A DNA stretch of 39,464 bases from Candidatus Tenderia sp. (lineage in GTDB: Bacteria; Pseudomonadota; Gammaproteobacteria; Tenderiales; Tenderiaceae), in assembly GCA_031416075.1 (NCBI GenBank), contig JANOSY010000007.1, positions 1 through 39,464 on the forward strand, read 5' to 3'. The position numbers were made by a program, and so were the translations under genes. Under the pieces are notes generated by a model that saw only the letters and a program-made list of their open reading frames with translations, made no database searches and was not told the DNA's origin. Shown in pieces: positions 1 through 9,083 of the stretch. Every line of letters starts with the position of its first letter. Positions within the stretch are counted from its first letter, which is position 1.

Positions 1-66
1 ACGACAACAGCGATGAAATTCTTGGCGTTCTTCTTCTGTGAGTGAGATAGCAACGGGGACAGGCAT
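1..66 (-). CDS. IS630-family transposase, N-terminal 22 codons only (partial)
   Basis: Manual translation 66->1: MPVPVAISLTEEERQEFHRCCR, open to the window edge. Confidence 0.55.
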   Translation of the reverse strand, partial: MPVPVAISLTEEERQEFHRCCR

Positions 67-108
67 AGTCAGCGCACCAGAAAATAAGGAAGGAGTAGCG
101 CTATTATA
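1..108 (-). mobile_element. Left end of a probable IS630-family insertion sequence (runs off the window)
   Basis: Minus-strand ATG at 66 reads MPVPVAISLTEEERQEFHRCCR, resembling IS630 transposase N-termini (I-x-LT-x-EER). The upstream end lies in a TATATA run, and IS630 targets TA. The exact boundary is uncertain. Confidence 0.55.
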
Positions 109-131
109 TATGATCATACTATTTGTTACAG
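109..131 (-). other. Possible left part (R'' box) of an attC site, interrupted by the IS
   Basis: The cassette ORF stop is embedded in CTGTAAC followed by AAAT (minus strand), a common attC arrangement. The match to RYYYAAC is imperfect and the other arm is not visible. Confidence 0.35.
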
Positions 132-389
132 TACACTAGTAAAGCTAATATCACCTTCTACTCTTTTTCTTGTTCCAACAATTGAGTCACTTATACATTG
201 TGATTTTATATAGCTTTCCATTCGTTCTTGACGTTTTTCAGCCATGTCTTGAGAATAATTCAATGTGTTTCTATCTCTCTTTAACTTATTGTCTGCTTCC
301 ACTTGCTTAGCTGCTCCTTCCCAAATGGAACAACTGGCAAGGCATGCTGCTGACCCAATTAAGGAAATTGTTAATACTTTTTTTATCAT
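126..389 (-). CDS. Small hypothetical lipoprotein; putative integron gene cassette
   Basis: 87 aa; MIKK + hydrophobic stretch + lipobox LASC; AT-rich; AGGGAG upstream; begins ~55 bp after a GTTAGAT core site. Confidence 0.7.
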   Translation of the reverse strand: MIKKVLTISLIGSAACLASCSIWEGAAKQVEADNKLKRDRNTLNYSQDMAEKRQERMESYIKSQCISDSIVGTRKRVEGDISFTSVL

Positions 390-443
390 GGAATTTTTTA
401 TCTCCCTTCACTTAACCTAAATTATATTTGAATTCTGTTTACC

Positions 444-465
444 ATCTAACGTGTATTAGACAGAA
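444..465 (-). other. Putative integron attI simple site
   Basis: Minus strand TTCTGTCTAAT-ACAC-GTTAGAT: GTTRRRY core (450-444) preceded by an inverted L-like box, between the integrase remnant and the cassette ORF. Confidence 0.55.
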
Positions 466-476
466 ATATTAAAAAG

Positions 477-503
477 TGTGCTAGACAGAATCTGTCTAGC
501 ACA
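477..503. repeat. Perfect 13-bp inverted repeat
   Basis: TGTGCTAGACAGA-A-TCTGTCTAGCACA; TAGACAGAA also occurs at 457-465. Confidence 0.9.
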
Positions 504-585
504 TCTACTAATGTCGTTTTGATACTATTCCCATAGGCAACGTTTGGCGTTGTGGTTTTACACCATTTTTTGTCAGTGCTGGAAT

Positions 586-896
586 ATGGATATCCGCGCA
601 TCAAAAGAAACAGTTCCTGCCAGTTGGTTTTGGGATCGTTATATGAATTCCACTGATAAACAAGGGATTAAATCTCCGGCTGATCGTTGGTATGTGCGCC
701 GTTCGAAATATAGCACCACATTCCTAAATAAGAAACTTGTTGTTTATGCTTCAAATGAAGCGACTGATTGCTTTATAAATAAAGGTATAAATACCTCGAT
801 TCAAACGTGGAAACTTGAGTGCCTTGTTGATGCTATACAGAATTTATTTAGGATGGTGGGGTTGTCTGGGTTGATCAGCTGAACTGGATTTTTTAA
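586..896 (+). pseudogene. intI: Truncated, frameshifted N-terminal extension of a long-type integron integrase
   Basis: FWDRY..DKQGIK..A.RWYVRR...W...LVDAIQNLF, then WVDQLNW in a shifted frame (867-887). This resembles the N-terminal SAM-like region of long integron integrases as I recall them. No catalytic domain follows. Confidence 0.6.
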
Positions 897-919
897 AGTT
901 GTGATGTAATCTGATGGGC

Positions 920-950
920 AATAAAAAAGGGAGCATAGCTCCCTTTTATT
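920..950. terminator. Bidirectional Rho-independent terminator downstream of slyD
   Basis: AATAAAAAAGGGAGC-ATA-GCTCCCTTTTATT. Confidence 0.85.
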
Positions 951-972
951 ACTCGCTATTTAATATAGTGAG

Positions 973-1452
973 TTAGTGGTCACACCCTTCGCCGTGGATA
1001 TGGCCGTGTTCGATCTCATCTTCGGTGGCATCACGCACTTCGAGTACGCTGACATTAAAATTGAGTGCAACACCTGCGAGGGGGTGGTTGCCATCGATGG
1101 TGACTTGGTCTTCTTCAACGGCGGTTACGGTGACAATGCTCATGCCGTTGGGGGTCTGGGCGTGGAACTGCATACCGGGGGTGATCTCATCAACACCTTC
1201 AAACATGGCCTTGGCCAGGACCTGGGTGAGGGCATCATCACGTTCGCCGTAACCATCGGCAGGTTCAACGGCGACGGTGAGGCTGTCACCGGCTGTTTTG
1301 CCTTCCAGCGCTCTTTCAAGTCCGGGGATGATGTTGCCAATGCCGTGTATAAAGGCAAAGGGTTCTTGTGCGGTGGCTTGATCGATGACAGTGCCACTGT
1401 TATCGGTTAGGGTGTAGGTGATGACGGCTACCTTGTTATTGCCGATTTGCAT
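973..1452 (-). CDS. slyD: FKBP-type peptidyl-prolyl cis-trans isomerase SlyD
   Basis: IIPGLERAL, YGERD, DGNHPLAG and His-rich tail HGHIHGEGCDH. Confidence 0.95.
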   Translation of the reverse strand: MQIGNNKVAVITYTLTDNSGTVIDQATAQEPFAFIHGIGNIIPGLERALEGKTAGDSLTVAVEPADGYGERDDALTQVLAKAMFEGVDEITPGMQFHAQTPNGMSIVTVTAVEEDQVTIDGNHPLAGVALNFNVSVLEVRDATEDEIEHGHIHGEGCDH

Positions 1453-1560
1453 AGTGTATTACCCTTGCTTGTGATTTAAAGCCACAGTTTACGCGGAAGG
1501 GGTGTGGGGGACAAGAAAACGCCGGTTTTTATTGCTTTTGTGTGGTGTGGGTTTGAGTGT

Positions 1561-1983
1561 ATGGATGTGTATTTGATGTAGGCACCTGTTGTTGAGATTG
1601 CGGCAGTGGTGGTGCACTACGGCGCGGTATTGCTTGTGAAGTGGGTGTGTAGTGCGGGGGGGATCTGTTGGTCTCTGCCGTTGGGGGTGTTGCCGTGGGG
1701 TGGGTGTTTGCAGCGGTGTGTTGAGCGTGAGGTGCTGGCGGCGACGGGGGTTGTTATCCGTTCCGGGGCGGTGCTTCGCGGTTATGACCGGATGGTATCA
1801 GCGGCGGATGGGGCAGTAACGGAACATTCGGTTGTGATTGAGATGGAGGCAGATTATCTTGGCGGGGAGTTACAGCCGGGGGCTGCGGTATTGGACGCGG
1901 CGTGGGTTAGTGCGCTGGCCATTGCTACGCTTGATGTTGATGAGAAGTGCCTGGAGTTGTTGGTTGATATTGGGTTTATATAA
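1561..1983 (+). pseudogene. Degenerate Nudix hydrolase (ADP-ribose pyrophosphatase-like)
   Basis: ATG at 1561, in-frame TAG at 1579, then PVVEIAAVVVH.GAVLLVK. The Nudix box is decayed (EREVLAATGV instead of REx2EExG). The C-terminus YLGGELQPG..LDAAWVS is typical of the family. Confidence 0.7.
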
Positions 1984-2439
1984 ATGCAGGTTGATTCGTT
2001 AGTTCCCCACCTTATGTTGCTGCTGGATAGCTATTCTCGTTTAACGGGACGACAGCTGCTGGCATTTGAGTTGTCTCTGCCGGAAGGGTTGGCGGAGGCC
2101 TTTGATCGTGCACCGTTTGCGTTGGTATCACACGGTACTGAGGTGGACCCCGTTTTTAATTATGGCAATCAAACCGCATTGGATCTGTTTGGTATGGATT
2201 GGCAGACGTTTACGGCGTTGCCCTCGCGCTACTCTGCGGAGCAGCCTAACCGTGAGGCGCGTGAGCGGTTGTTGTATGAGGTGAAAACCCACGGCTTCAT
2301 TGATAACTATAGTGGTGTGCGTATTGCCAGTGATGGTCGCCGTTTTATGATTGAGCGGGCCACAGTCTGGAATCTGGTGGATGGGCAGGGGCAATATCAT
2401 GGGCAGGCAGCGATGTTTGCTGACTGGCACTTTTTGTGA
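1984..2439 (+). CDS. MEKHLA domain (PAS-like) protein
   Basis: APFALVSHGT..DPVFNYGN..AL.LF, LPSRYSAE, YSGVRI..GRRF.I..ATVWNL, GQAAMF. Confidence 0.9.
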   Translation: MQVDSLVPHLMLLLDSYSRLTGRQLLAFELSLPEGLAEAFDRAPFALVSHGTEVDPVFNYGNQTALDLFGMDWQTFTALPSRYSAEQPNREARERLLYEVKTHGFIDNYSGVRIASDGRRFMIERATVWNLVDGQGQYHGQAAMFADWHFL

Positions 2440-2454
2440 GGGTGGTGAGGCGCT

Positions 2455-3126
2455 GTGTTGAACGCAATTGACTTGGCACCGGTCTGGTTAACCCTGCAAC
2501 TGGCCACGGTGACCACGGTGGTGTTGCTGCTGCTGGGGACGCCGCTGGCGTGGTGGCTGGCCCATACCGGATCACGCTGGCGCACGCCGCTGGAGGCGGT
2601 GGTGGCGTTGCCGCTGGTATTGCCGCCGACGGTGTTGGGCTTTTATCTGTTGATACTGTTGGGACCGGAGGGGTGGCTGGGTGGCCCCTGGCAGGGCATG
2701 ACCGGATCGCCATTGACCTTTACCTTTAGTGGTCTGGTGATCGCCTCGGTGTTCTACTCCTTACCGTTTGTGGTGCAGCCGTTACAGGGTGCCTTTACCC
2801 ACGTTGGGCGCAAGCCGCTGGAGAGTGCCTGGTCCTTGGGTGCCCGCCCGCTGGATACCTTTGTCACGGTGGTCATGCCACTGGCAAGACGGGGTTACAT
2901 CATGGCCGCTGTGCTGGGTTTTACCCATACGCTGGGTGAGTTTGGGGTGGTCTTGATGGTGGGTGGCAGCATTCCCGGTAAGACGCAGGTGCTGTCGATT
3001 GCCATTTTTGAACGTGTTGAGGTGATGGATTATGCCACCGCCCATCTGCTCTCGATCGGTCTGCTCGGTTTTACGTTTGTTGTGTTGCTGCTGGTATATG
3101 GGATGCAGCGGGGTGAACGTAGATGA
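2455..3126 (+). CDS. modB: Molybdate ABC transporter permease
   Basis: LPLVLPPTVLGFYLL, SLPFVVQPLQ, HTLGEFGVVLMVGG. Confidence 0.95.
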   Translation: MLNAIDLAPVWLTLQLATVTTVVLLLLGTPLAWWLAHTGSRWRTPLEAVVALPLVLPPTVLGFYLLILLGPEGWLGGPWQGMTGSPLTFTFSGLVIASVFYSLPFVVQPLQGAFTHVGRKPLESAWSLGARPLDTFVTVVMPLARRGYIMAAVLGFTHTLGEFGVVLMVGGSIPGKTQVLSIAIFERVEVMDYATAHLLSIGLLGFTFVVLLLVYGMQRGERR

Positions 3127-4202
3127 GTCGGTTGCAGGGGCGGTTTAATTTACAGAAATCTGAGTTTACCCTGGCCGCTGAGTTTGATCTTCCCGCCCAG
3201 GGGGCGAGTGCTATCTTTGGCCCCTCCGGCGCGGGCAAGTCAACCCTGTTGCGTTGTATTGCCGGATTGGAGCGCTGCCCAGGGGGGTATCTGCGGCTCG
3301 GGGACGAGTTGTTGCAGGATGATACGCTGGGTATTTTTGTCCCCCCCTATAAACGCCGGTTTGGTTTTGTCTTTCAGGAGCCACGGCTGTTCAGCCATCT
3401 GAGTGTGCACGGCAATCTGGAGTATGGGTACAAGCGGGTAGCACCGGGCCAAAGAACGGTTGAGCGGCAGCAGGTGGTAACGCTGTTGGCGTTGCAGCCC
3501 CTGCTGGCGCGTACCGTCAGCCATCTCTCGTTAGGGGAGCAGCAACGGGTGGCCATTGGCCGGGCACTGCTCTCCAGCCCACGACTGCTGCTGCTGGATG
3601 AACCGTTGGCCTCCCTGGATGAACAGCGCAAACAGGAGATTATCCCCTACATCCAGCGGTTGAGTCATGAACTACAGCTGCCATTGCTCTACGTGAGCCA
3701 CTCATTGGCGGAGATTTTGCCACTGGCGCAGACACTGCTGCTGCTCTCTTACGGGACAGTGGTGGCTAATGGCCCCCTGCTGGAGGTGTGCAGTGATCTC
3801 CGTTGGGCTGACTCGTTAGGGGCGTTGGCCGGTGCCGTATTGGAGACTCGGGTGGCCTCCCATGATCACGACTTTGGATTGACGCAACTTGATCTGCATG
3901 GACAGCCGCTCTACGTGCCGTTGCAAAACGCTGCCGTTGGCAGTGAGTTGCGGGTACAGGTGCTGGCGCGCAATGTTGCACTGATACTCCAGCCACCTAC
4001 CAGTGCCACGAGTGTATTGAACGTGCTGCAGGCAACGGTGATGGAGATTGCCGAGGCGGCGGTGGATCAACATGCGGTACAGGTAAAGTTGGATGTTGGG
4101 GCACCACTCCTGGCGAGCATCAGCCGCAAGTCACTGCACACGCTGGTACTGGTGCCTGGGCAGCGGCTCTACGTCATGATCAAAGCGGTCTCTATGGGGT
4201 AG
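3123..4202 (+). CDS. modC: Molybdate ABC transporter ATP-binding protein
   Basis: Walker A GPSGAGKS, LSLGEQQRVAIGRALL, LLLDEP, C-terminal TOBE domain; overlaps the modB stop. Confidence 0.95.
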   Translation: MSRLQGRFNLQKSEFTLAAEFDLPAQGASAIFGPSGAGKSTLLRCIAGLERCPGGYLRLGDELLQDDTLGIFVPPYKRRFGFVFQEPRLFSHLSVHGNLEYGYKRVAPGQRTVERQQVVTLLALQPLLARTVSHLSLGEQQRVAIGRALLSSPRLLLLDEPLASLDEQRKQEIIPYIQRLSHELQLPLLYVSHSLAEILPLAQTLLLLSYGTVVANGPLLEVCSDLRWADSLGALAGAVLETRVASHDHDFGLTQLDLHGQPLYVPLQNAAVGSELRVQVLARNVALILQPPTSATSVLNVLQATVMEIAEAAVDQHAVQVKLDVGAPLLASISRKSLHTLVLVPGQRLYVMIKAVSMG

Positions 4203-4220
4203 GGGGTGTGGTTTTATATG

Positions 4221-4254
4221 ATCAAGGGCCACTGCCTGGGCAGTGGCCCTTGAT
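4221..4254. terminator. Perfect 16-bp hairpin between convergent modC and mltD
   Basis: ATCAAGGGCCACTGCC-TG-GGCAGTGGCCCTTGAT; no clear U-tract. Confidence 0.6.
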
Positions 4255-4290
4255 GAGGTAACAGAACGGTTGGGTCTATCCGTGTCTGGG

Positions 4291-6087
4291 TTAGCTGTTA
4301 TCAGTGGCCCTGTTTCTATCGATATACACAACCAGCTGTTGGCCCGGCTGAATGAACTGGCCGCGTACTTTAGGGTTCCACTCTTTGAGGTTGTTGATGG
4401 TGACGTTGAATTTTTGTGAGATTCGCGCCAGTGAGTCACCATTGCGGACGCGGTAGCTGACCTTTTTGGTGGTGCTGCCGTTTTTACTGAGCTTGGTGCT
4501 GCCCTGTGTCCCTTCCTTCCAGATCACCAGCTTTTGGCCCTTGCGGAGGGTGTCGCGGCTCTTCATTTTGTTCCAGCTGGCCAGGTTGCTGACGCTGATT
4601 TTATGTTTAGAGGAGATTTCGGAGAGTGTGTCGCCACCACGTACGGTGTAGACCACCTTCTGTTTCTCCTGGCTCTTGTTCTGTCGGCTCTCCAAACGGT
4701 GGTTGGCCGTGAGCAGATACTCCTGTGAAGCACGGCTGGAGGTCGGAATGGTCAGTGTTTCACCGGCGTGTACAGCGCTGCCATCCAGCTTGTTGGCACG
4801 CTGAATGGCGGCGACACTGACATTATATTTTTTGGCAATGGCACCCAGATTGTCGCCTGGCTGGATCTGATACTGTGCCCACGCCATCCGCTGCGAAGGG
4901 GTGAGTTCCGCCAGTTTATCTTCAAAGGCGTCGGCTTTTTCCAGTGGTAACAGGAGTGTATGGGGGCCGTTGGGGGCGGTGGCCCAGCGGTTAAAGCCAG
5001 GGTTGAAGGTGTACAACTCCTGTAGTTCAAGCTCGGCCATGTCGGCGGCAATAGCCAGATCGAGCTGCGCGCCGATGTTGACCTGCTTGAGCAGGGGTTT
5101 GTTGGGAATGGTGCGTAGGGTGATGCCAAACTTTTCCGGGTCGGCAACCACATTGGCGATGGCCAGCAGGCGTGGTACGTAGTTGCGGGTCTCCCGTGGC
5201 AGATCCAGGTCCCAAAAGGTGGTGCCAAGTCCACGGTTCTGGTTGGCAATGATGGCGCGTCCCACCGTACCTTCGCCTGAGTTATAGGCGGCCAGGGCCA
5301 GCAGCCAATCACCATTGAACTGGTTGTGCAGCTTCTGCAGGTAGGTGAGGGCGGCGTGGGTAGAGGCGTGAATGTCACGGCGACCGTCATACCACCAGTT
5401 GATTTTCAGTCCATAGTTGGTAGCGGTACCGGGGATAAATTGCCAGATGCCAGCGGCGTGGCTGCGGGAGTAGGCAAAGGGTTGAAAGGCGCTTTCAACC
5501 ACGGGTAACAGGGCAATCTCCAAGGGCATCTGCCGTGCCTCGACCTCTTCGATAATGTAGTGCATATAGGGGGCGGCACGGGTAAAGGTGCGGTCGAGGT
5601 AAACCTGGTGGTTGGCAAACCACTCGCGGCTGGGTTGTACGTTGGGGTGGTCGCTGTCTGGCAGACTAAAACCGGCCCGAACCCGTGGCCAGATATCGTC
5701 ATTCTGGCCGTTAAGACTGTTTTTGTTGAGCAGTCGCTGAGAGGCGTTTAACACCGCCTGACCCACTTCACCCTCATCTTCAGCGGTTGGATCTTCGACG
5801 GCGTTGTCAGGATCGTCATCAGGTATATTTTCGTCGTCGCTGAGTGCCACATCCTCGCTGGGTGGCAGCGGTGCGCGGCGTTTGTTACCCGCTGTTGTTT
5901 GTGTTGCATTGCCGGTGCCGCTCACAGAGGTGTGTGCACCTGCGGTGGTAACAGGTTTTAACGTGTTGGTTGGGCCTGCACAGCCAGCGATGAGCACGGT
6001 TAACGTGACGCCAAAACAGCTGTTGACGATGGCTTGTTTCATTTTCCCCATGGAATTCGTAACCTTAAAATTGTCATTTTGTGGCAA
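4291..6087 (-). CDS. mltD: Membrane-bound lytic murein transglycosylase D (SLT + 3 LysM); true start probably ~6051
   Basis: Lipobox IAGC, LPVVESAF, AAGIWQF, ALAAYNSGEG, ETRNYVP, three LysM repeats; next to gloB. Confidence 0.92.
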   Translation of the reverse strand: MPQNDNFKVTNSMGKMKQAIVNSCFGVTLTVLIAGCAGPTNTLKPVTTAGAHTSVSGTGNATQTTAGNKRRAPLPPSEDVALSDDENIPDDDPDNAVEDPTAEDEGEVGQAVLNASQRLLNKNSLNGQNDDIWPRVRAGFSLPDSDHPNVQPSREWFANHQVYLDRTFTRAAPYMHYIIEEVEARQMPLEIALLPVVESAFQPFAYSRSHAAGIWQFIPGTATNYGLKINWWYDGRRDIHASTHAALTYLQKLHNQFNGDWLLALAAYNSGEGTVGRAIIANQNRGLGTTFWDLDLPRETRNYVPRLLAIANVVADPEKFGITLRTIPNKPLLKQVNIGAQLDLAIAADMAELELQELYTFNPGFNRWATAPNGPHTLLLPLEKADAFEDKLAELTPSQRMAWAQYQIQPGDNLGAIAKKYNVSVAAIQRANKLDGSAVHAGETLTIPTSSRASQEYLLTANHRLESRQNKSQEKQKVVYTVRGGDTLSEISSKHKISVSNLASWNKMKSRDTLRKGQKLVIWKEGTQGSTKLSKNGSTTKKVSYRVRNGDSLARISQKFNVTINNLKEWNPKVRGQFIQPGQQLVVYIDRNRATDNS

Positions 6088-6115
6088 AAGTATATCCCGG
6101 CACCGGCTAAATCAG

Positions 6116-6889
6116 CTAATCGAGTGTGTCTTTCCAGTAGCGCAGTGTTTTGAATACCGCCGCCTCTGTCTGTAACGGATGGCCAGCAAATTGCTCTACA
6201 CCTGCTTTGATGGTTGCTTCATTACAGCGCAAAAAGGGGTTGGTTTGCAGTTCCAGGGCCAGGGTGGTGGGCACGGTGGCCACGCCGCGCTGCCGCTTGG
6301 CTGTCTCAATTAGCTGCCGTTCGAGTATCTGCGGGTTGTTTGGTTCCGCTATCCGGGCAAAAATCAGGTTTGATAGGGTATACTCGTGTGCGCAGTAGAG
6401 TTGTGTATTGATGGGTAACTTTTTGATTTTGCTTAAAGATTCATGGAGTTGTTCGGCCGTTCCACCGAGTAATCGGCCACAGCCTGCGGCAAATAGCGTA
6501 TCACCACAAAAGAGGCTGTTTTCGCCGTAATAGGCGACATGGCTCTGGGTATGGCCGGGAACCTCAAGGACGGTCAGTGTCAGAGGGTCTAGACCCAGGG
6601 TGATGATGTCACCGTCAATGACCGGATGGGTGACCTGAGGGATCTGCGGGGTGTCGGGACCGTAGACAGGGACACCAGGGTAGTGGTGACGTAAGGTCTC
6701 TATGCCATCAATATGGTCATGGTGGTGGTGGGTAATGAGGATGGCGGTAAGTGTCAGCCCCTGTTGTTTGAGTGCTGCCATAACGGGGCGGGCATCACCG
6801 GGATCGATCACGGCGGCCTGTTTCCCTTCCAGCAGGATCAGCCAGATATAATTGTCGGAGAATGCAGGGAGCGTTTGGATGTTTATCAT
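6116..6889 (-). CDS. gloB: Hydroxyacylglutathione hydrolase (glyoxalase II)
   Basis: THHHHDH, PGHT, FCGDTLF, CAHEYT, NPFLR. Confidence 0.95.
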   Translation of the reverse strand: MINIQTLPAFSDNYIWLILLEGKQAAVIDPGDARPVMAALKQQGLTLTAILITHHHHDHIDGIETLRHHYPGVPVYGPDTPQIPQVTHPVIDGDIITLGLDPLTLTVLEVPGHTQSHVAYYGENSLFCGDTLFAAGCGRLLGGTAEQLHESLSKIKKLPINTQLYCAHEYTLSNLIFARIAEPNNPQILERQLIETAKRQRGVATVPTTLALELQTNPFLRCNEATIKAGVEQFAGHPLQTEAAVFKTLRYWKDTLD

Positions 6890-6948
6890 TGTCTTGAATG
6901 TCATGCTGGCAGAGGCGTTGCATGGTAACGCGAAATGGGGGGTGTTGC

Positions 6949-7722
6949 ATGATTGCCGGCCTTAAGCGCCAACAGATCAATAAAATTCGTCAGGCGTTAC
7001 GCCTCTGGTATGGCCGTCCGGTGGGTAAGTGGCTGTTGCAGCAGGAGCGTGAGCGGCTAAGTGAGGTATTGCCAACGCTGTTTGGTTACCACATCGTACA
7101 GATGGGGTCTCTGCTGGGGGATGAGCTGCTGACATCCAGCCGTATTCCACACCGTGTGTTGATTGATCCGGACAGAGGCTGTGGCGTCTCTCCGTTAGGG
7201 CTCTATGCCTATCCTGACGCCATCCCCATCGCGGCTGATAGTGTGGATGTGGTTGTGCTGCACCATACCCTGGAGTTCGAGCGTGACCCACACCAGATCC
7301 TGCGTGAGGTGGACCGCATTTTGATCCCTGAAGGACATGTGGTGATACTGGGTTTTAACCCCTGGAGTCTCTGGGGGCTTTGGCGTCTAGCCCGTGGCCG
7401 GAAGGGGGATACCCCCTGGTGCGGTGACTTTCTCAGCCCCTCGCGTGTTAAGGATTGGATGGCGCTGCTGGGGTTTGATGTGGCGGAGGTTAAACACCAC
7501 TTTTTTCGGCCACCACTGAAAAATCGCCTGCTGATGCGCAGACTTAGATTTATGGAGCGGCTGGGGCAGCGGTTCTGGCCAGGCCTTTCAGGAGCCTACC
7601 TGTTGGTGGCGCAGAAGCGAGTCACCACGGTGACACCTATTAAACCGCGCTGGCAGCCACGGCGGCGACTGCTGGGTGAGCTGGCGCGCCCAACTACACG
7701 GAGTACACAGTGTCGGAAATAG
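6949..7722 (+). CDS. SAM-dependent methyltransferase (YafS-like)
   Basis: [37 protein letters not shown]; conserved gloB-yafS-rnhA context. Confidence 0.88.
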   Translation: MIAGLKRQQINKIRQALRLWYGRPVGKWLLQQERERLSEVLPTLFGYHIVQMGSLLGDELLTSSRIPHRVLIDPDRGCGVSPLGLYAYPDAIPIAADSVDVVVLHHTLEFERDPHQILREVDRILIPEGHVVILGFNPWSLWGLWRLARGRKGDTPWCGDFLSPSRVKDWMALLGFDVAEVKHHFFRPPLKNRLLMRRLRFMERLGQRFWPGLSGAYLLVAQKRVTTVTPIKPRWQPRRRLLGELARPTTRSTQCRK

Positions 7723-8192
7723 TGGAAATTTTTACGGATGGTGCCTGTCGTGGCAACCCTGGCCCCGGTGGCTGGGGGGTGGTCTTGCGGAGCAAAGGCA
7801 AGGTCAAGACACTGCACGGTGGCGAGGCCGATACCACCAATAACCGTATGGAAATGATGGCGGCGATCCAGGGGTTGGAGTCATTGACCCGACCCTGTCA
7901 GGTCACACTGACCACCGACTCCAAGTATGTGATGCAGGGCATTACCGACTGGATTAAGGGCTGGAAGAAAAATGGCTGGAAAAACTCAGCCCGGCAGCCG
8001 GTTAAAAATGTTGATCTGTGGCAGCGGCTGGATCTGGCCCGTTTGCGCCACGAGGTGCAGTGGTGCTGGGTGAAAGGCCACAGTGGCCACCCCGAAAATG
8101 AGCAGGCTGACCAGCTCGCCAACCTTGGCATCGATGAGCTGCAGTTAAATAAAAAGAGTGGAGGAGTTGCCAGTGCGGCAGATAATTCTTGA
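7710..8192 (+). CDS. rnhA: Ribonuclease HI
   Basis: [39 protein letters not shown]. Confidence 0.97.
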   Translation: MSEIVEIFTDGACRGNPGPGGWGVVLRSKGKVKTLHGGEADTTNNRMEMMAAIQGLESLTRPCQVTLTTDSKYVMQGITDWIKGWKKNGWKNSARQPVKNVDLWQRLDLARLRHEVQWCWVKGHSGHPENEQADQLANLGIDELQLNKKSGGVASAADNS

Positions 8193-8901
8193 TACCGAAA
8201 CAACCGGTCTGGAGACCCGTGAGGGGCACCGGATTATTGAGATCGGTTGTGTTGAGCTGCTCAACCGCCGCCTGACGGGCAACCACTACCACCAATATCT
8301 ACAGCCTGAGCGTTCCAGTGATGAGAGTGCCATTGAGGTGCATGGCATCACCGATGAGTTTCTGCTCGACAAACCGCTGTTTGCCACCGTTGCCGCCGAG
8401 TTTATGGCGTTCATCAAAGGTGCTGAGTTGATCATCCATAACGCCCCGTTTGATATCGGGTTTATCAATTACGAGCTCTCACTGCTGGGGCCGGAGTGGG
8501 GTTCGGTACTCGACCACTGCACTGTGCTTGATACCTTGGATATGGCGCGCCGGATGCATCCCGGCCAGCGCAACAGTCTGGATGCGCTTTGCAAACGTTA
8601 TGACATCGATAACTCCAGCCGCACCCTGCACGGTGCGCTGCTTGACTCTGAAATCCTAGCGGACGTCTACCTTGCCATGACCGGCGGCCAGACCCTGTTG
8701 CTGCTGGATGCAGAGCAGGGTGGAGTGGGCAATCAGCAGGAGATTGTGCGGCCGCTGAGCCATGAACGGCCACCACTACGGGTCATCAGCGCAACGGCTG
8801 ATGAACTCGCCAGCCATGAGGAGTATCTGAATCTGGTGGATAAAAGCGCAGGTGAGCAGCAGTCGCTGTGGCGTGCGCTGGATAGCCAACAGTTGCAATA
8901 G
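8173..8901 (+). CDS. dnaQ: DNA polymerase III epsilon subunit
   Basis: LDTETTG, HNAPFD, HGALLD; GTG start with GGAGG RBS. Confidence 0.97.
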   Translation: MRQIILDTETTGLETREGHRIIEIGCVELLNRRLTGNHYHQYLQPERSSDESAIEVHGITDEFLLDKPLFATVAAEFMAFIKGAELIIHNAPFDIGFINYELSLLGPEWGSVLDHCTVLDTLDMARRMHPGQRNSLDALCKRYDIDNSSRTLHGALLDSEILADVYLAMTGGQTLLLLDAEQGGVGNQQEIVRPLSHERPPLRVISATADELASHEEYLNLVDKSAGEQQSLWRALDSQQLQ

Positions 8902-8953
8902 TGGCCGGGACAGGGTTCCCAGGCCATGATATTGAGCTCCAAGTCATCCCTAA

Positions 8954-9083
8954 GGAAGCTCCGAATAACTCTTCCGTTCGTGGTGAGCTTGTCGAACCAC
9001 TAATGGAGGATTCTTGATAATCAATATGTTACGTCACCAGTCCTTCGACAGGCTCAGGACGAACGGGGTTACTCAGAGGTTCC
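8954..9083 (+). mobile_element. MITE-like repeat, copy 1 (IS5-like termini, internal REP-type hairpins)
   Basis: Termini GGAAGCTCCGAATAAC / GTTACTCAGAGGTTCC; flanks CTAA/TTAA; inverted homolog at 28966-29107. Confidence 0.8.

Noticed and set aside
544-882. 112-aa ORF as an intact protein
   Set aside because: Better explained as an integrase remnant, since the similarity continues in another frame and then ends
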